Below are positions 30,210 through 40,636 of a DNA stretch of 64,000 nucleotides, piece by piece. The stretch is taken from NCBI GenBank assembly GCA_963697355.1, contig CAVONV010000008.1, positions 206,764-270,763 on the forward strand, given 5' to 3'. The stretch is from an uncultured Acidobacteriota bacterium (lineage in GTDB: Bacteria > Acidobacteriota > Vicinamibacteria > Marinacidobacterales > DATDRI01). Each line of letters starts with the position of its first letter. Position 1 is the stretch's first letter. A program made the translations under genes and the position numbers. The notes under the pieces are model-generated. The model saw only the letters and a list, made by a program, of their open reading frames with translations, searched no databases and was not told the origin of the DNA.

Positions 30210-30572
30210 TTAATGTTCCCCAAGGTCGAGAGCAACTCTCTGCGGGTTTCTGGGATTGTACTTCACGTCTAAAACAGCTCCGGGTTGTATCTGGGGGATT
30301 GAAAGGACTGAAATGAGGGCTTTGGTCTCTGCCCTGTACGGTTCCAGCCCTTCAGCGTGGACTTCAAGGAGAAACCCAACAACTGGATTATCGTTGACCC
30401 TAGTTCCTGTTTCCCAAATCTGCAGTACGGTTGCAGTTGCAGGGAGACCATTTGCTCGGATATCGCGGGCAACATTCTCTCCGGTAAAGGTATCCGTGAT
30501 CGCTGATACACATCCAAACAAAGAAAAACTGGTCAACAAAAACAATGGGAGAACCGTTTCTTTCCGAAACAT
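30210..30572 (-). CDS. Hypothetical lipoprotein (DUF3592-like)
   Basis: Lipobox LFGC; ATVL...ETG..VN.NP...V.YNP.NP..V. Confidence 0.65.
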   Translation of the reverse strand: MFRKETVLPLFLLTSFSLFGCVSAITDTFTGENVARDIRANGLPATATVLQIWETGTRVNDNPVVGFLLEVHAEGLEPYRAETKALISVLSIPQIQPGAVLDVKYNPRNPQRVALDLGEH

Positions 30573-31101
30573 TGTGCCGCCCTCCTGATTTTTTGCCCGG
30601 ATAAGATTATGTTAGCAGGAACGATATCCGAAATGAAAAGGCAATCAGGGAGAAACCGGTGATACCTTCGCGAAGGGTTCAGGACGTTGCGTGGCGTCGC
30701 CCGGCAGTGCTTGACGGAGAGTCTACTGGTCGGCCTGATGGGTGGTGTGGCAGGTCTCGCGCTGGCCATGTGGGCGGCCGACGCTCTGATCCTTCTCGCC
30801 CCGCAGCCGCAAATCATGGGGTTCGAACGATCTTCAGTTTGTGGACCTCGGGCAGATAGGCGTGAACGCAAGCCGTGCTGGTGGGTGGATAGGTTGAGGT
30901 ATCGCTCGTTCTACCGGTTTGCGCCGGGCTGATGATGCTATTCAGCATGGCTGAGCTCCAAAGCGCAGAGACCGGTATTGACGAGGATAACCTCCTGACG
31001 TTTTCCTACGCTCTGCCGCGTTCGCCCGAATCTACGGGTCCCCATTCTTCTTTTGGTTAAGTCTTGCGTTATACACGGACCCCGTGTATTATGTAACAAA
31101 T

Positions 31102-31395
31102 ATGATTCAGGCGTTCGTCGATAAAACGACGGCCGATTTGTTCCGGGAGCGCTCCACGAAAGACGCTCGGCGCATTCCGAGAGACGTTTGGCGGGTTGTC
31201 GGACGGAAGTTGAAGATGCTAGACGTCGCGCAGCGACTCTCGGATCTCCGCAGTCCGCCAGGAAACCGTTTAGAGTTTCTCAAGGGAAACCAGCGTGGTC
31301 GTCATAGTATTCGAGTGAACGAACAGTACCGGCTGACATTCCGGTGGGAGGGAAACCATGCCTACGAAGTCCGCTGCGAAGACTATCACTCGTGA
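31102..31395 (+). CDS. higB: HigB (RelE/ParE) toxin
   Basis: DLRSPPGNRLE.LKG...G.HSIRVNEQYRL.F.W...DYH. Confidence 0.9.
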   Translation: MIQAFVDKTTADLFRERSTKDARRIPRDVWRVVGRKLKMLDVAQRLSDLRSPPGNRLEFLKGNQRGRHSIRVNEQYRLTFRWEGNHAYEVRCEDYHS

Positions 31396-31663
31396 TCCGG
31401 CGTGGCTCGGGCCTGCGGTACATCCGGGTGAAGTTTTGCGGGAGGAGTTCCTTGTGCCTCTCGGTCTCACTCAGGTGAAGGCCGCGGAGGAACTCGGAAT
31501 GTCCGTGAATCGTGTGAACGAGCTCGTCCTGGGCAAGCGAGGAGTCACCGCGGACACGGCACTTCGACTCGCACGCCGGTTCAAAACGACACCGCAGTTC
31601 TGGATGCACTTGCAGGCCGACTGGGATTTGCACCAGGCGATCAAGAAGAACTCGGCGGCGTGA
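31358..31663 (+). CDS. higA: HigA antitoxin
   Basis: HPGEVLREEFL, GKRGVTADTALRL and FWM.LQ..WD motifs. Confidence 0.9.
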   Translation: MPTKSAAKTITRDPAWLGPAVHPGEVLREEFLVPLGLTQVKAAEELGMSVNRVNELVLGKRGVTADTALRLARRFKTTPQFWMHLQADWDLHQAIKKNSAA

Positions 31664-31757
31664 TAGGTTAACTCAGCCGCTTCCCCATACCCGTGCTCCG
31701 CGAAAACCTCGTACCGTGTTGAGAGCGGAGCGCTGGAGGGGCAGACAACGCTCAGCG

Positions 31758-32765
31758 TCAATTGTTGGGCAAGGACCTCAGCAGGGAAGTCCTAAAAATC
31801 GAGGGCGCTATCGCTCGTGGTCGCCGCTCTTCGTTAATGCAAACGGCGCGCGCAACGTGGTCGAGAGCGCAGGCAATGGCGCGCCAACTTTTGACAAGTG
31901 CGTTGCCCGTTTTCTTCTCCGCTTGATTGACGCCGACCCCGCCGTAGCGCGAAGTCGTATCCAGAGCTTCGAGGACTTCGCCGGCGACGGAGATCGAGAA
32001 TTGTGTGGGGCGGAGCCGGCCGTTGACGCGCGCGAGCACGCCGTCGTCGCTTGCTTCGAGCTGAGCAACCAGGCCGGTATCGAAAGCCTGGCCGAGCTTG
32101 CTCTCGAAAGGCCAGTCCTTAGACGCGGTCCACACCGCCCCATTTAGGGGTACCTGAGCTTCGCCGAGGTTGATGAGGGATCCCGGGGGCAGGTCCACCA
32201 TCTCTCGACAGTGGTCACCACCGCACCCGCGTTGGCCGCAGAGCTTCGGATCTAGATAAGAGGCGTGCTTCCCGGCCGAGATCCAAACAAGAGGGCCGCT
32301 AGATCGCGCGCCGAGGGTTGCGGCGGGTGCAGCGTTGCTCGTGTCGCACACCGTCCCTTCGTGCGCCGCCGCGTACCAATACAACGCCTTCCAACCCTCG
32401 TTCTCGCTCGGCACGAGCAGTGCCACGACACGTTCCACATCGAGCGGATGTGATGCAATCACGCCACAGTCCTTTTCCCACAAATGGTAGTATTGGAGCT
32501 CCAGCGCTGTAACGCCGGGCCCCAACGCCGCCGACGGCGAGACGCGGGCGTAGATCGTCGCATTGTGCTCCTGTACGCGCGGCTTCACCGAGTAAGCCTC
32601 GAACTCCGCAGGAACCTGAGCGCATTCGTCAGTGTTCACAAGAAAATGAGGGCGGAACTGCTCGATGAGGGCTTTCTCGAGCATATCGCTCACGCCGTCG
32701 CGATCTAGATCGGCAACGCCACCGAGCGAGCCCAAAACGATACCCAGCGAAAGAAGCGTATACAT
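31758..32765 (-). CDS. Secreted hypothetical protein
   Basis: 335-aa ORF with signal-like N-terminus; QYYHLW.KDCG, WYAAAHE and S.GKHASY motifs. Confidence 0.65.
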   Translation of the reverse strand: MYTLLSLGIVLGSLGGVADLDRDGVSDMLEKALIEQFRPHFLVNTDECAQVPAEFEAYSVKPRVQEHNATIYARVSPSAALGPGVTALELQYYHLWEKDCGVIASHPLDVERVVALLVPSENEGWKALYWYAAAHEGTVCDTSNAAPAATLGARSSGPLVWISAGKHASYLDPKLCGQRGCGGDHCREMVDLPPGSLINLGEAQVPLNGAVWTASKDWPFESKLGQAFDTGLVAQLEASDDGVLARVNGRLRPTQFSISVAGEVLEALDTTSRYGGVGVNQAEKKTGNALVKSWRAIACALDHVARAVCINEERRPRAIAPSIFRTSLLRSLPNN

Positions 32766-33059
32766 CCATCAATCTTAAGGCGAGACTGGTAGCCGGTGCC
32801 AACCTCTTCTCTTCAGTGGATCCGTCGGTGCACTGCCCGGCCGTATGGAAGAAGACGTCGCGAAGGGATGATTGCTCGTCAACCGGGCTTGTTGGGAAAT
32901 ATTTTCGCGTAGGCTTCGATCACCTCCTTGAGATCTCAGCGTGGGAGAAATAGAGAGCGTTGGGATTCACGAGGCAAATAGCCGGAGCGCCCATCGTGAA
33001 ACGGTGTGCGGTTGCGTAATGGTTGGATCGTGACCACAGAAGACTTGGCGGAGGAAATC

Positions 33060-33260
33060 TTCGTCGGCTCTTTCCAGTCCCCCTTGCGCCGCGTGGGCAC
33101 CCTGGTGCCCGTTTATCGGTCAACCGCCGCGCCAAGGCGGGTGATAGGGGCATGTCGACGAGGAATCCCATCGAGACACTTCGAGCGTTTCCTCTTCCAC
33201 CAGGTAGGCCACGTAACGCAGCGCCTCCTCGTCGCAAAGTTCCTCCAAACGAATTCCAAT
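33060..33260 (-). pseudogene. DUF433/DUF5615 toxin-antitoxin relic
   Basis: EALRYVAYLVEE followed by MGFLVDMPLSPALA. Confidence 0.5.
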
Positions 33261-33299
33261 GACCGCGCCTTTCCTGCTCGCCTCGCGGGAAATCGCCTC

Positions 33300-33475
33300 A
33301 ACTTTTCTCCTGTCACGCGATTGAGAATTCTGAGAGTCGTATATTCGTTTATCTCTTTGTGCCGAGGTATAGCAATTTCATTGACACCGTTCGACCAAGC
33401 CGTAAGCTTTCCACTTTCTCGAACGATCCTCCAACCCAATTGTCGGAGCTGTTTTTCGAGTTCTCGAAGCTTCAC
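33300..33475 (-). pseudogene. HicA-family toxin (stop lost, partner degraded)
   Basis: KLRELEKQLRQLGW...IPRHKEINEYT...IL. Confidence 0.65.
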
Positions 33476-33580
33476 AGGTGCGTTGTACCCATAGAAGGGT
33501 ACAGCCGCAAACGACAATTGCATACGCCCTCCCAAGTCCGAGCATCCTCAGACGAGTTTGCAGATTAAAACGACGACATG

Positions 33581-33780
33581 TTTCTAGCATGAGATGACGT
33601 TCTAAGGAACAACGTGCTGTCCTGAGGCAATGACGTGTCGGTTTAGGGAACAACCTGCAAGCGGGTGACTTGGTGACATCGGTCACCTGTGGTAGATTCG
33701 CCCGCAACAACCGGTTTCGGCAAAACCAATGGATTTGGAAAACCCCGCCTTCGCGTCGTTACTTGGAGAAATAGATATTA
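33581..33780 (+). repeat. Dispersed repeat, copy 3 (most complete)
   Basis: Aligns with 7571-7750 and 11767-11878. Confidence 0.85.
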
Positions 33781-33783
33781 AAG

Positions 33784-34212
33784 ATGGGTTGGAGCATTCG
33801 AGCATTCTTGGTCAATGAAGCCGGCGGAATCCGGAGGTTTCCCTATGCTCGGTTCGAGCGTCTGTGGAACGGTGACCCGGCCGAGCAAATGCCGGACTTT
33901 GCCGGACGATTCCTTTGTGTCGCCATTGCCTACATCGAAACTCACGATAGAAGACCGTTGTGCATACGGCACGTGGACTACGTGCGACTAAAATTGGATA
34001 AAAAGGGGCGAATCGCCAAAGATTGGATTCAGTCCTCCATGAGGCTCGCCGCGGATAGCGTCGATTGGGCTTGGCTTCGAAAAGAATCGGCCGGTCCCAA
34101 AAATCTTATTCCTGCCGAACATTTGTTCTCACGAAAACGGTACAAACAAGAGTTTAGCTGGGAGCCCACCAAGCCCCAGAAAGATGAAATTGTGAATAGG
34201 TCTCTGATGTAA
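33784..34212 (+). CDS. Hypothetical protein
   Basis: 142 aa; truncated paralogue at 7755-7860. Confidence 0.65.
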   Translation: MGWSIRAFLVNEAGGIRRFPYARFERLWNGDPAEQMPDFAGRFLCVAIAYIETHDRRPLCIRHVDYVRLKLDKKGRIAKDWIQSSMRLAADSVDWAWLRKESAGPKNLIPAEHLFSRKRYKQEFSWEPTKPQKDEIVNRSLM

Positions 34213-34294
34213 GAGGGCTCTAGCCTGCGCCCTGTTAGGCAGCTGCGAAAAGCAGCTCAGCGTTGTTGCGAATAACGGGAACGGAATATCGACC

Positions 34295-34510
34295 ATGACC
34301 ATGCTTGCTTTTCATGCTCTGTTCCCGGAAGAGGCCGAGAACGAGTACCGCTCGGTCCATCCCATGAACGACGACTCCTTGCCGAGCCATACGTTCGTTT
34401 TGTCCGAAGCTTACTGCGTCGAGCCCGATTGCGACTGCCGCCGGGTCATGCTGAACGTGCTGGACACGGAGACCGACACGCACGTGGCGACGATCAACTA
34501 CAAGTTCGAG
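34295..34510 (+). pseudogene. Fragment of a Cys-motif protein (YC..PDCDCRRV)
   Basis: Truncated where the duplicated segment from 28941 begins. Confidence 0.45.
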
Positions 34511-34518
34511 CATTCCCA

Positions 34519-35025
34519 TCAAACGATGCCCGCGAGCAAAACGCCGCGCTCCGAGTTCCATAGCTTCCAGAGATCGCCCTCTCGGGCGATTTCCATCTCC
34601 TCTTCGGACGGGTCGAGAATGTAGACGACGCCCTCACGATAGGTTCGTTCCAGAAGGAGGAGTCTGGGACCGTCCGGCCTCCTGAGCAGTGCGGTCGCGA
34701 GCGTTGTCGCGTGTCTGCGTATCTCGATCTCGAGTCCGGCCAGCTCGCCGAGTAGCTCGATGAGAGAGTTCGTTGTGGATTCCATCACGGGGCTCCTTCG
34801 CATGCGAGAAGAACGACCGGCTCCATTCACCGTTCCTCTCACCTCAATCCGTAAAGGTAGAGAAGGGCAGCGTAGCCGCTCGGGAGAATCTGCGGAGGTT
34901 TCTCCAGAGTGCTGTATCGAGAAGCCATCTCGAGAAAAAATCGCGAATGAAAGAATGCTTCGACAATGGGGCGGGTTGCGCTCGTCCATTCCTTATTGTC
35001 CTCGAACCGAAACTCCTTTCGCGCC
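34519..35025 (-). repeat. Duplicate of 28941-29445 (89-aa gene plus 3' end of the upstream gene)
   Basis: LPSGYAALLYLYGLR and MESTTNSLI...LLAGIV occur in both copies. Confidence 0.9.
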
Positions 35026-35037
35026 GCGGAAGGTCTG

Positions 35038-35274
35038 TCACTCGATTGCTTTTCGATCACGCAGAACTTGTTGTAGTGCGGCTTCGGCCTCTTCTTCCGA
35101 GTAACGTGTCAAAAGAGACTCGAAGGTAGACCTCTGACGCTTCAAATCATCGATGGCTGTAACTCTGCTTAGAGCGAAAACGATGTACTGATTCACCGAT
35201 ACTCCTTCGCGTTTTGCGCACTCCGCCAGAAGCGCATGGAGGCTATCGGGGACTCTTAGTGTCATTCTCGCCAT
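35038..35274 (-). CDS. HicB-like ribbon-helix-helix antitoxin
   Basis: TLRVPDSLH..L...AKREGVSVNQYI. Confidence 0.75.
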   Translation of the reverse strand: MARMTLRVPDSLHALLAECAKREGVSVNQYIVFALSRVTAIDDLKRQRSTFESLLTRYSEEEAEAALQQVLRDRKAIE

Positions 35275-35566
35275 GGTCTAACTCTTTTCTAACGCCGAGC
35301 CGCACCCGGTCAAATAACAGTCTGCTCCAGTCTCAGAACAAAATCGCCATGGTTCAACCATTGACTTTCCCGATCTTCGACCGGGCCGTCGAGTGCGGGG
35401 CGCCGGAAGGGCAGAGAACTCTCATTGTGGCAGCCACCGCGACGCTATTGGCAGCAGCTGATAGAAATCTGTTTTTTCTATAACTATTCTCTTGGGGAGT
35501 TCCGGTATCCGTGTCGAGAAAAGGCGAGGGGCACTATCGAGGGCGGGTCGATGACCAGTCGCCGGT

Positions 35567-36260
35567 CTACCGGCCGTCGAGCCCCATGTCCTCCAGAGTC
35601 TCCGCTGCCAGAACGCGCTCCAGATAGGTATCAAGCTCTTCAAGCGAGTCCAATGCTTCGATTCGGGCCATCGTCTTCTCTGGAATGGTCCCGAACTTCT
35701 TGGTGAGCTGGTGTTTGAGCGTCTCACGCTTCCCCTCGATCAGGCCGGACAAACGCCCTTGTTCCCGACCTTTCTCCATCATTTTCTCTGACCACGTAAG
35801 TTCCATTTCATATGCCTCCCGATACTCCGGTCTCGAAAGTAACCTATGGAAGCTGTCCTCTTCATCGGGCTCGAGCTCGAAATAGGTCCTGATTAAATCG
35901 AGGAGCAAGTACTCCCCTGCGTCGCCGAGCCTCCCCTTCGCAACATGTTGCTCCATCAATAGCCTCAGCGTCAAACGATCTTCCACGTGATGGCGATTCA
36001 TCCGCCTTCGCCAAGGCTACGGCGGACAGGTAAGTGCCGCTAAGGCTGCAGCCACAGGATTGCCCTTAGCCACATACTCTTCGGCGTCGAGCTTCGCCAG
36101 AGCCACGGTCCCGTAGCGGAACCGGAGCTGCTCTTCTCCGAAAAGCGCCTCGCGATACTGCCCGTCGGTCAATCCCTTGCCACCCTGAAGGTAGACGGTG
36201 ACCGGAAAAACCGGCACCCCATACTTGAACCTGAGAAGCGCGTAGTACTGATACATTCGG
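35567..36260 (-). pseudogene. Rpn/YhgA-like (DUF4351) protein, 5'-truncated and interrupted by a 30-bp insert
   Basis: RMYQYY..L...PVFPV.VYL and EKGREQG...QLTKKFG...LE; the two ORFs share a frame. Confidence 0.75.
36002..36031. repeat. 30-bp REP-like hairpin insertion
   Basis: CCGCCTTCGCCAAGGCTACGGCGGACAGGT; removing it restores ...AAL-MNR... Confidence 0.7.
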
Positions 36261-36451
36261 TAAGGACTGTTTTCCGAAAATGGAAATGGGTCCTCTATGG
36301 AGAGACGGCCAACACATGGATGGTCCTCCCCAGTAAAGCGGCTTTCTACGGCAATCCTTATCCAGAAGGACTCCGCCAGTTCCAGTCACACCATTCCACC
36401 ACGGCCAGACCAATTCCAACTACCCACGGAGCCACCTTCATCTCTTCGAAA

Positions 36452-37262
36452 GGTACTGTCAAGTTGACGTCGATCGAGCCAGTGATCCCCGCGAGCTGAC
36501 TTCCTTTGCTCTCGTCAGGCGGCACACGTCTCCGTGTGCCAAGCGATGAAAGCGCGGTCTCGTAGCTCCCGATGATGGGCCGCCCCCACCAGGTGACGTC
36601 CGACACGGAAGAGATTCTGAATGACTCCATGGACCGACAGAAATCGTTGCGCTTGACCAGGGGACTTGAACTGTCGCATTTGTCGCACGCGCTGACGAGT
36701 GGATTGGTGTGAGACTTCGGCACGATTGTTCTCGTATTGTTCGGTGCTGTGAATGACGGAAGGCATGACGCTCCGGTGAGCTGCGGAATAGCTCCTCAAC
36801 TTGTCGGTGACCAACCGCCAGGGCGGGCTGCCCTGCCCCTTTAACAGCATACGAAAAAAGGCGCTTCGCAGCACGCTGGTTGCGACGCGACTGAACCAAG
36901 ATATCGATCACGTCACCATCCTGATCGACGGCACGCCAGAGATACTGCCGTTGACCCTGGATAGTGACGAATACCTCATCCGAGTACCACGTGTCACCCA
37001 GCCGGCCCTGCCGCCGCTTGAGAGAACGAGCGTAGTCGGGACCAAACTTGAAGCACCATTGGCGGACGGCTTCGTAGGAAACAGTGATGCCGCGCTGCGA
37101 AAGGAGATCCTCGACGTCCCGAAAGCTCAGGCAAAAACGGTGAGACAGCCAGACGGCGTGGCTGATGATTTCAGCCGGAAATCGATATCCTCGGTAGCTG
37201 GGAGGCTTGCTGTTCATCGGGCCATTCCATTGTGCCAGTCACCGCCTCAACTTGACAGTACC
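36452..37262 (-). mobile_element. IS6-family insertion sequence (811 bp), transposase frameshifted
   Basis: TIRs GGTACTGTCAAGTTG / CAACTTGACAGTACC; YRFPAEII, YLWRAVD, TDKL.SY and NNRAE motifs; frameshift near 36855. Confidence 0.9.
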
Positions 37263-37300
37263 GGCGACGGCCTTGTGGGTACGATCAGACATGTTTTACA

Positions 37301-38560
37301 ATGCTTTGGGTTGCAGCGATTACGATGAGAGCATCTCGCTCACTGCCGGTGGCATTTGAGGATCGAACTTTCCACGACCCAGGGGATGGAACCGCCAATT
37401 CGCTGGAAAGGGCTGCACGGCACATCATCGCGGCTGCCGCCCCGAACGACAGCGGCTCTGCTCTCGCCAGGCTGAATTTGTCGGTTGGAATCGCCAAGAT
37501 CCTACACGTTCAGGACACCCTTGGATATCCTCAGGACGCGTGTTTCGTGGCCACACCTGATTCGACGCCGTCACGGGAGGGGGCAAAATGGGACTGGGGA
37601 CTGAGCTCGGGAGGCATGCTGTCTTGGGGCGACGGCGGCCGCTCCCTCATGTTCCTCGATCTCAATGTATCCACGGGGTGCGCCCTGGTGGGCGGCCTGC
37701 AGGGGCCTGTGGGAGAGCGGGACCTAATCGCCAGGATTACCCGCATCCGGGACAGTCTTCCGATGATCATGGGTGTGCAGGCGAGGTGGGATTACGGGAG
37801 CGGAAATCACTTCATCAACATCTATGAGAACGCTGGCAATGCCTCACTTCCGCCTTTTGTTTTCATCGTCCACGGCAGCGGTCGTGAGGTGAAAGCGCCG
37901 AACGCATTGGGAATCGGCCTGGATTACAGGGTCAGCCCGCCGCTTGCCGGCCTCATGAAGACAGTTCCGACGCCATGGGGGCCGTGCCGGATTCTCGAAG
38001 GGCAGGCGGTTCGTGATCTTGAGGCGAGCTATCGGCTTTATCGCGACTTCGCCCTGGCAAAACAACGCTGGGTGGCCGGTGCCCTCTTCGGGCGCTTCAC
38101 GCAAATCTGCAATGAAATCCACCACGGGTTCGTAAATGCTAATTGCGCTGTCCTGGGTTGCTACCGTTTTCATCCGGAGGACGAAACGCTGTTCCCGATC
38201 ACCCTCCGCGCCGATCTGCCCGCTTTCCTGGTGAAAGGGCAAAACAACTTGGACCGGGAAGTCGCACAGGTGTCGCCGGATCTGGCATCGCTTCTCACGG
38301 ACCGCGTCGCTTCGGCCAACGTACTGCCGCATGGGGGCGGAATGACCTACCCGCAGGTCTCCGGGGTCGAAGCGGTGCTGCAGGGAGAGGCCGCTCGGCG
38401 GTACGCGCTCAGGGGTCCGGATGGGAGCCGATTCACGGTTAAAGATCTTCGCGGGCTCGAGTGCCGTATGCGGGGAATGGAAGTGATGGAACTGGTGGAA
38501 AGGGCGCGCCTTGGAAAGGTTGTGGCCGTTCTGCGCCCGTTGCTGTCGCTGACGACGTGA
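37301..38560 (+). CDS. Divergent RtcB-fold protein
   Basis: Ordered motifs TPD, GSGNHF, HGSGR, HH, PHGGG and C-terminal V..LRPL, colinear with RtcB. Confidence 0.65.
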   Translation: MLWVAAITMRASRSLPVAFEDRTFHDPGDGTANSLERAARHIIAAAAPNDSGSALARLNLSVGIAKILHVQDTLGYPQDACFVATPDSTPSREGAKWDWGLSSGGMLSWGDGGRSLMFLDLNVSTGCALVGGLQGPVGERDLIARITRIRDSLPMIMGVQARWDYGSGNHFINIYENAGNASLPPFVFIVHGSGREVKAPNALGIGLDYRVSPPLAGLMKTVPTPWGPCRILEGQAVRDLEASYRLYRDFALAKQRWVAGALFGRFTQICNEIHHGFVNANCAVLGCYRFHPEDETLFPITLRADLPAFLVKGQNNLDREVAQVSPDLASLLTDRVASANVLPHGGGMTYPQVSGVEAVLQGEAARRYALRGPDGSRFTVKDLRGLECRMRGMEVMELVERARLGKVVAVLRPLLSLTT

Positions 38561-39435
38561 ATCCAATGATCGCAGTTCATGCGTTCACGAATATGTTGCC
38601 TGTCAGCCTGGATGCAACAGGGAAGCGTGTTCCACGGCTCTGTGCCACGGTGCAAAATCTAGTGCGGCTTCCGTCGCGGGCGTCGTTGCCCGACGGCATC
38701 GTTGCCGACACGACCCGGCCCAGCGAGCGAATCCTGGCGTACTTCTTTCACAATGTCCTCAGGCACTATCGCGCAAGTCCGCTGTACAAATTCATGCGGG
38801 CAACGTTTCGACCGGGGGACCTTTTCCTGGATGTGGGGGCCCACCTGGGACTGTACGGCTACCTCGCAACGAAATTGGGTGCTGAAGCGATCGTAATGGA
38901 ACCCGATCCGATTCATAGCGCGTTTCTGGAACGAAACAGCCATTTGCTCCGAAAGGTGTTCTCCTGTGCTGCGGCGGACAGCGCGGGAACCGCTCCTTTT
39001 TTTTGTGGCGGGTGTGACAATACGGGCGGCGGGTCCTTGGTGGCGAGCGCAGAAGCGTGGGAAGCGAGCGGGTACTCAAGCACTACGACTGTTCAAACAG
39101 CCCGAATCGATTCAGTCATCGAGCCGGAGCTGTGGCCCCGTGTGGCCCTGATCAAGATCGATGTGGAGGGCGGCGAGGTCGCAGCCTTGCGCGGCATTGG
39201 AGCCGCGCTAGATCGGTACCTGTTCGATGTCTGGTGCGAGGTCCGGGGCGACAACTCCGACCGGAACCCGGGATCGTACCGGGAAGTCTGTCGCATCGCC
39301 GCCGCGTCCGGGTACTCGCCCTACTTCTTTGATGGCGTACGGATGGAGCCGTTTGAGCCCCGTCATGTCCGCCGGGTATTCGACCTGCTTTTGACCAAGA
39401 GAAATGGGGCGGCGGGGGGAAATGGGAAGCAATAG
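38557..39435 (+). CDS. FkbM-family methyltransferase
   Basis: FLDVGAHLG, EPDP and IKIDVEGGE motifs; GTGA overlap with the upstream stop. Confidence 0.85.
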   Translation: MNPMIAVHAFTNMLPVSLDATGKRVPRLCATVQNLVRLPSRASLPDGIVADTTRPSERILAYFFHNVLRHYRASPLYKFMRATFRPGDLFLDVGAHLGLYGYLATKLGAEAIVMEPDPIHSAFLERNSHLLRKVFSCAAADSAGTAPFFCGGCDNTGGGSLVASAEAWEASGYSSTTTVQTARIDSVIEPELWPRVALIKIDVEGGEVAALRGIGAALDRYLFDVWCEVRGDNSDRNPGSYREVCRIAAASGYSPYFFDGVRMEPFEPRHVRRVFDLLLTKRNGAAGGNGKQ

Positions 39436-40636
39436 TCTTCGACTGCTCATCTACTCTCAGGACGGCTTGGGATTGGGTCATCAGCGCCGCACGGGGCGCA
39501 TTGCGGAGCAGTTGCAGCGGCTCGCACCGGGTACCTCGGTACTTACGTTGTGCGATTCCCCGCTGGGTGGTTTCTTCCCCTCTTTGCCGGGTCAGCGCCA
39601 CCTGAAACTCCCCACCTTGATCAAGCAGGACGAAGGCCGCTGGTCAACGTTGCATTCGGAAGGTGATCTGCGCAGGGTTTGCGATCTGCGGCGTGAACTG
39701 ATCAGGAGGGCGCTGGCGGAGTTTCGTCCCGACGCCATGCTTGTGGACCACATGCCACATGGGGTATGCGGCGAGTTGCTGCCCTTGCTGGAGGGAAGCA
39801 GGCGTCACGGATGTCGTCGGATCATCCTTGGGTTGCGTGACATCCTTGATGAGCCACGGGCGATTCGGAATCGATGGCGCAGGGAAGGCGCCTACGAGGC
39901 TTTGCGGGATCTTTACGATCAAGTCCTGGTTTACGGGGAGCAGGACGTTTTCGACACCGGGCGGCTTTACGAAATCCCGTCCGCGACACCGCTGGAATAC
40001 TGCGGTTACGTCGCACCCCCAAAGACCAACGACCGGCTTTGCCAGTTGCGGCGGAAGTACATGGCAGGAAGCCGTCACGGCACGAAGCTTCTCCTTGCCA
40101 CAGCCGGTGGTGGGGCCGACGGCTGCGAGTTGATGAGCAGCCTGCTCGATTGCCTGCCGGTTGTGGAGGCGCACGTGCCGGTCATGCTGGTCATGGTTCT
40201 GGGACCGTATTTCCCGGATCAGGACGCGGCGCGCATCCGCGGGAAAGCGGCGGGCCGGCCTGTGCGGGTGCTCAGAAGCACTCGGCATCTCGTGTTGCAC
40301 ATGCGGGCAGCCGACGCCACTGTGACGATGGCTGGCTACAACACCACCATGGAGCTGCTCCGTTCGCGGACGCCTGCGCTGGTTGTTCCACGACGCGGAC
40401 CGAGCGCCGAACAGCGCATGCGAGCACTTTGTTTCAGCGAGCGCGGTTGGCTTCGTGTTATTCAACCTTGGCAGTTGGGATCCGACGCATTCGCGGACGG
40501 CGTCGTCAGCATGCTTCAGCAAACCGCCGACGACGGCGTCCCTTCGCCCGGTCTCGATGGGGCAGAACACGCAGCCATGCACGTATTGCGAAACCTGAAT
40601 GATTCTTGCGAGAAGAACAGGTGGTCGATCACGTAG
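39422..40636 (+). CDS. Glycosyltransferase (GT-B fold, COG4671-like)
   Basis: YSQDGLGLGH..R, GLRDILD, GGGADG, MAGYNT and EQ..RA motifs. Confidence 0.85.
   Translation: MGSNSLRLLIYSQDGLGLGHQRRTGRIAEQLQRLAPGTSVLTLCDSPLGGFFPSLPGQRHLKLPTLIKQDEGRWSTLHSEGDLRRVCDLRRELIRRALAEFRPDAMLVDHMPHGVCGELLPLLEGSRRHGCRRIILGLRDILDEPRAIRNRWRREGAYEALRDLYDQVLVYGEQDVFDTGRLYEIPSATPLEYCGYVAPPKTNDRLCQLRRKYMAGSRHGTKLLLATAGGGADGCELMSSLLDCLPVVEAHVPVMLVMVLGPYFPDQDAARIRGKAAGRPVRVLRSTRHLVLHMRAADATVTMAGYNTTMELLRSRTPALVVPRRGPSAEQRMRALCFSERGWLRVIQPWQLGSDAFADGVVSMLQQTADDGVPSPGLDGAEHAAMHVLRNLNDSCEKNRWSIT

Noticed and set aside
30659-30830. ABC permease-like stretch (LTESLLVGLMGG)
   Set aside because: Short remnant only; not a gene.
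36017-36019. In-frame TAG as pyrrolysine or stop-codon recoding
   Set aside because: The TAG lies inside the 30-bp insert, and other genes end normally at TAG.
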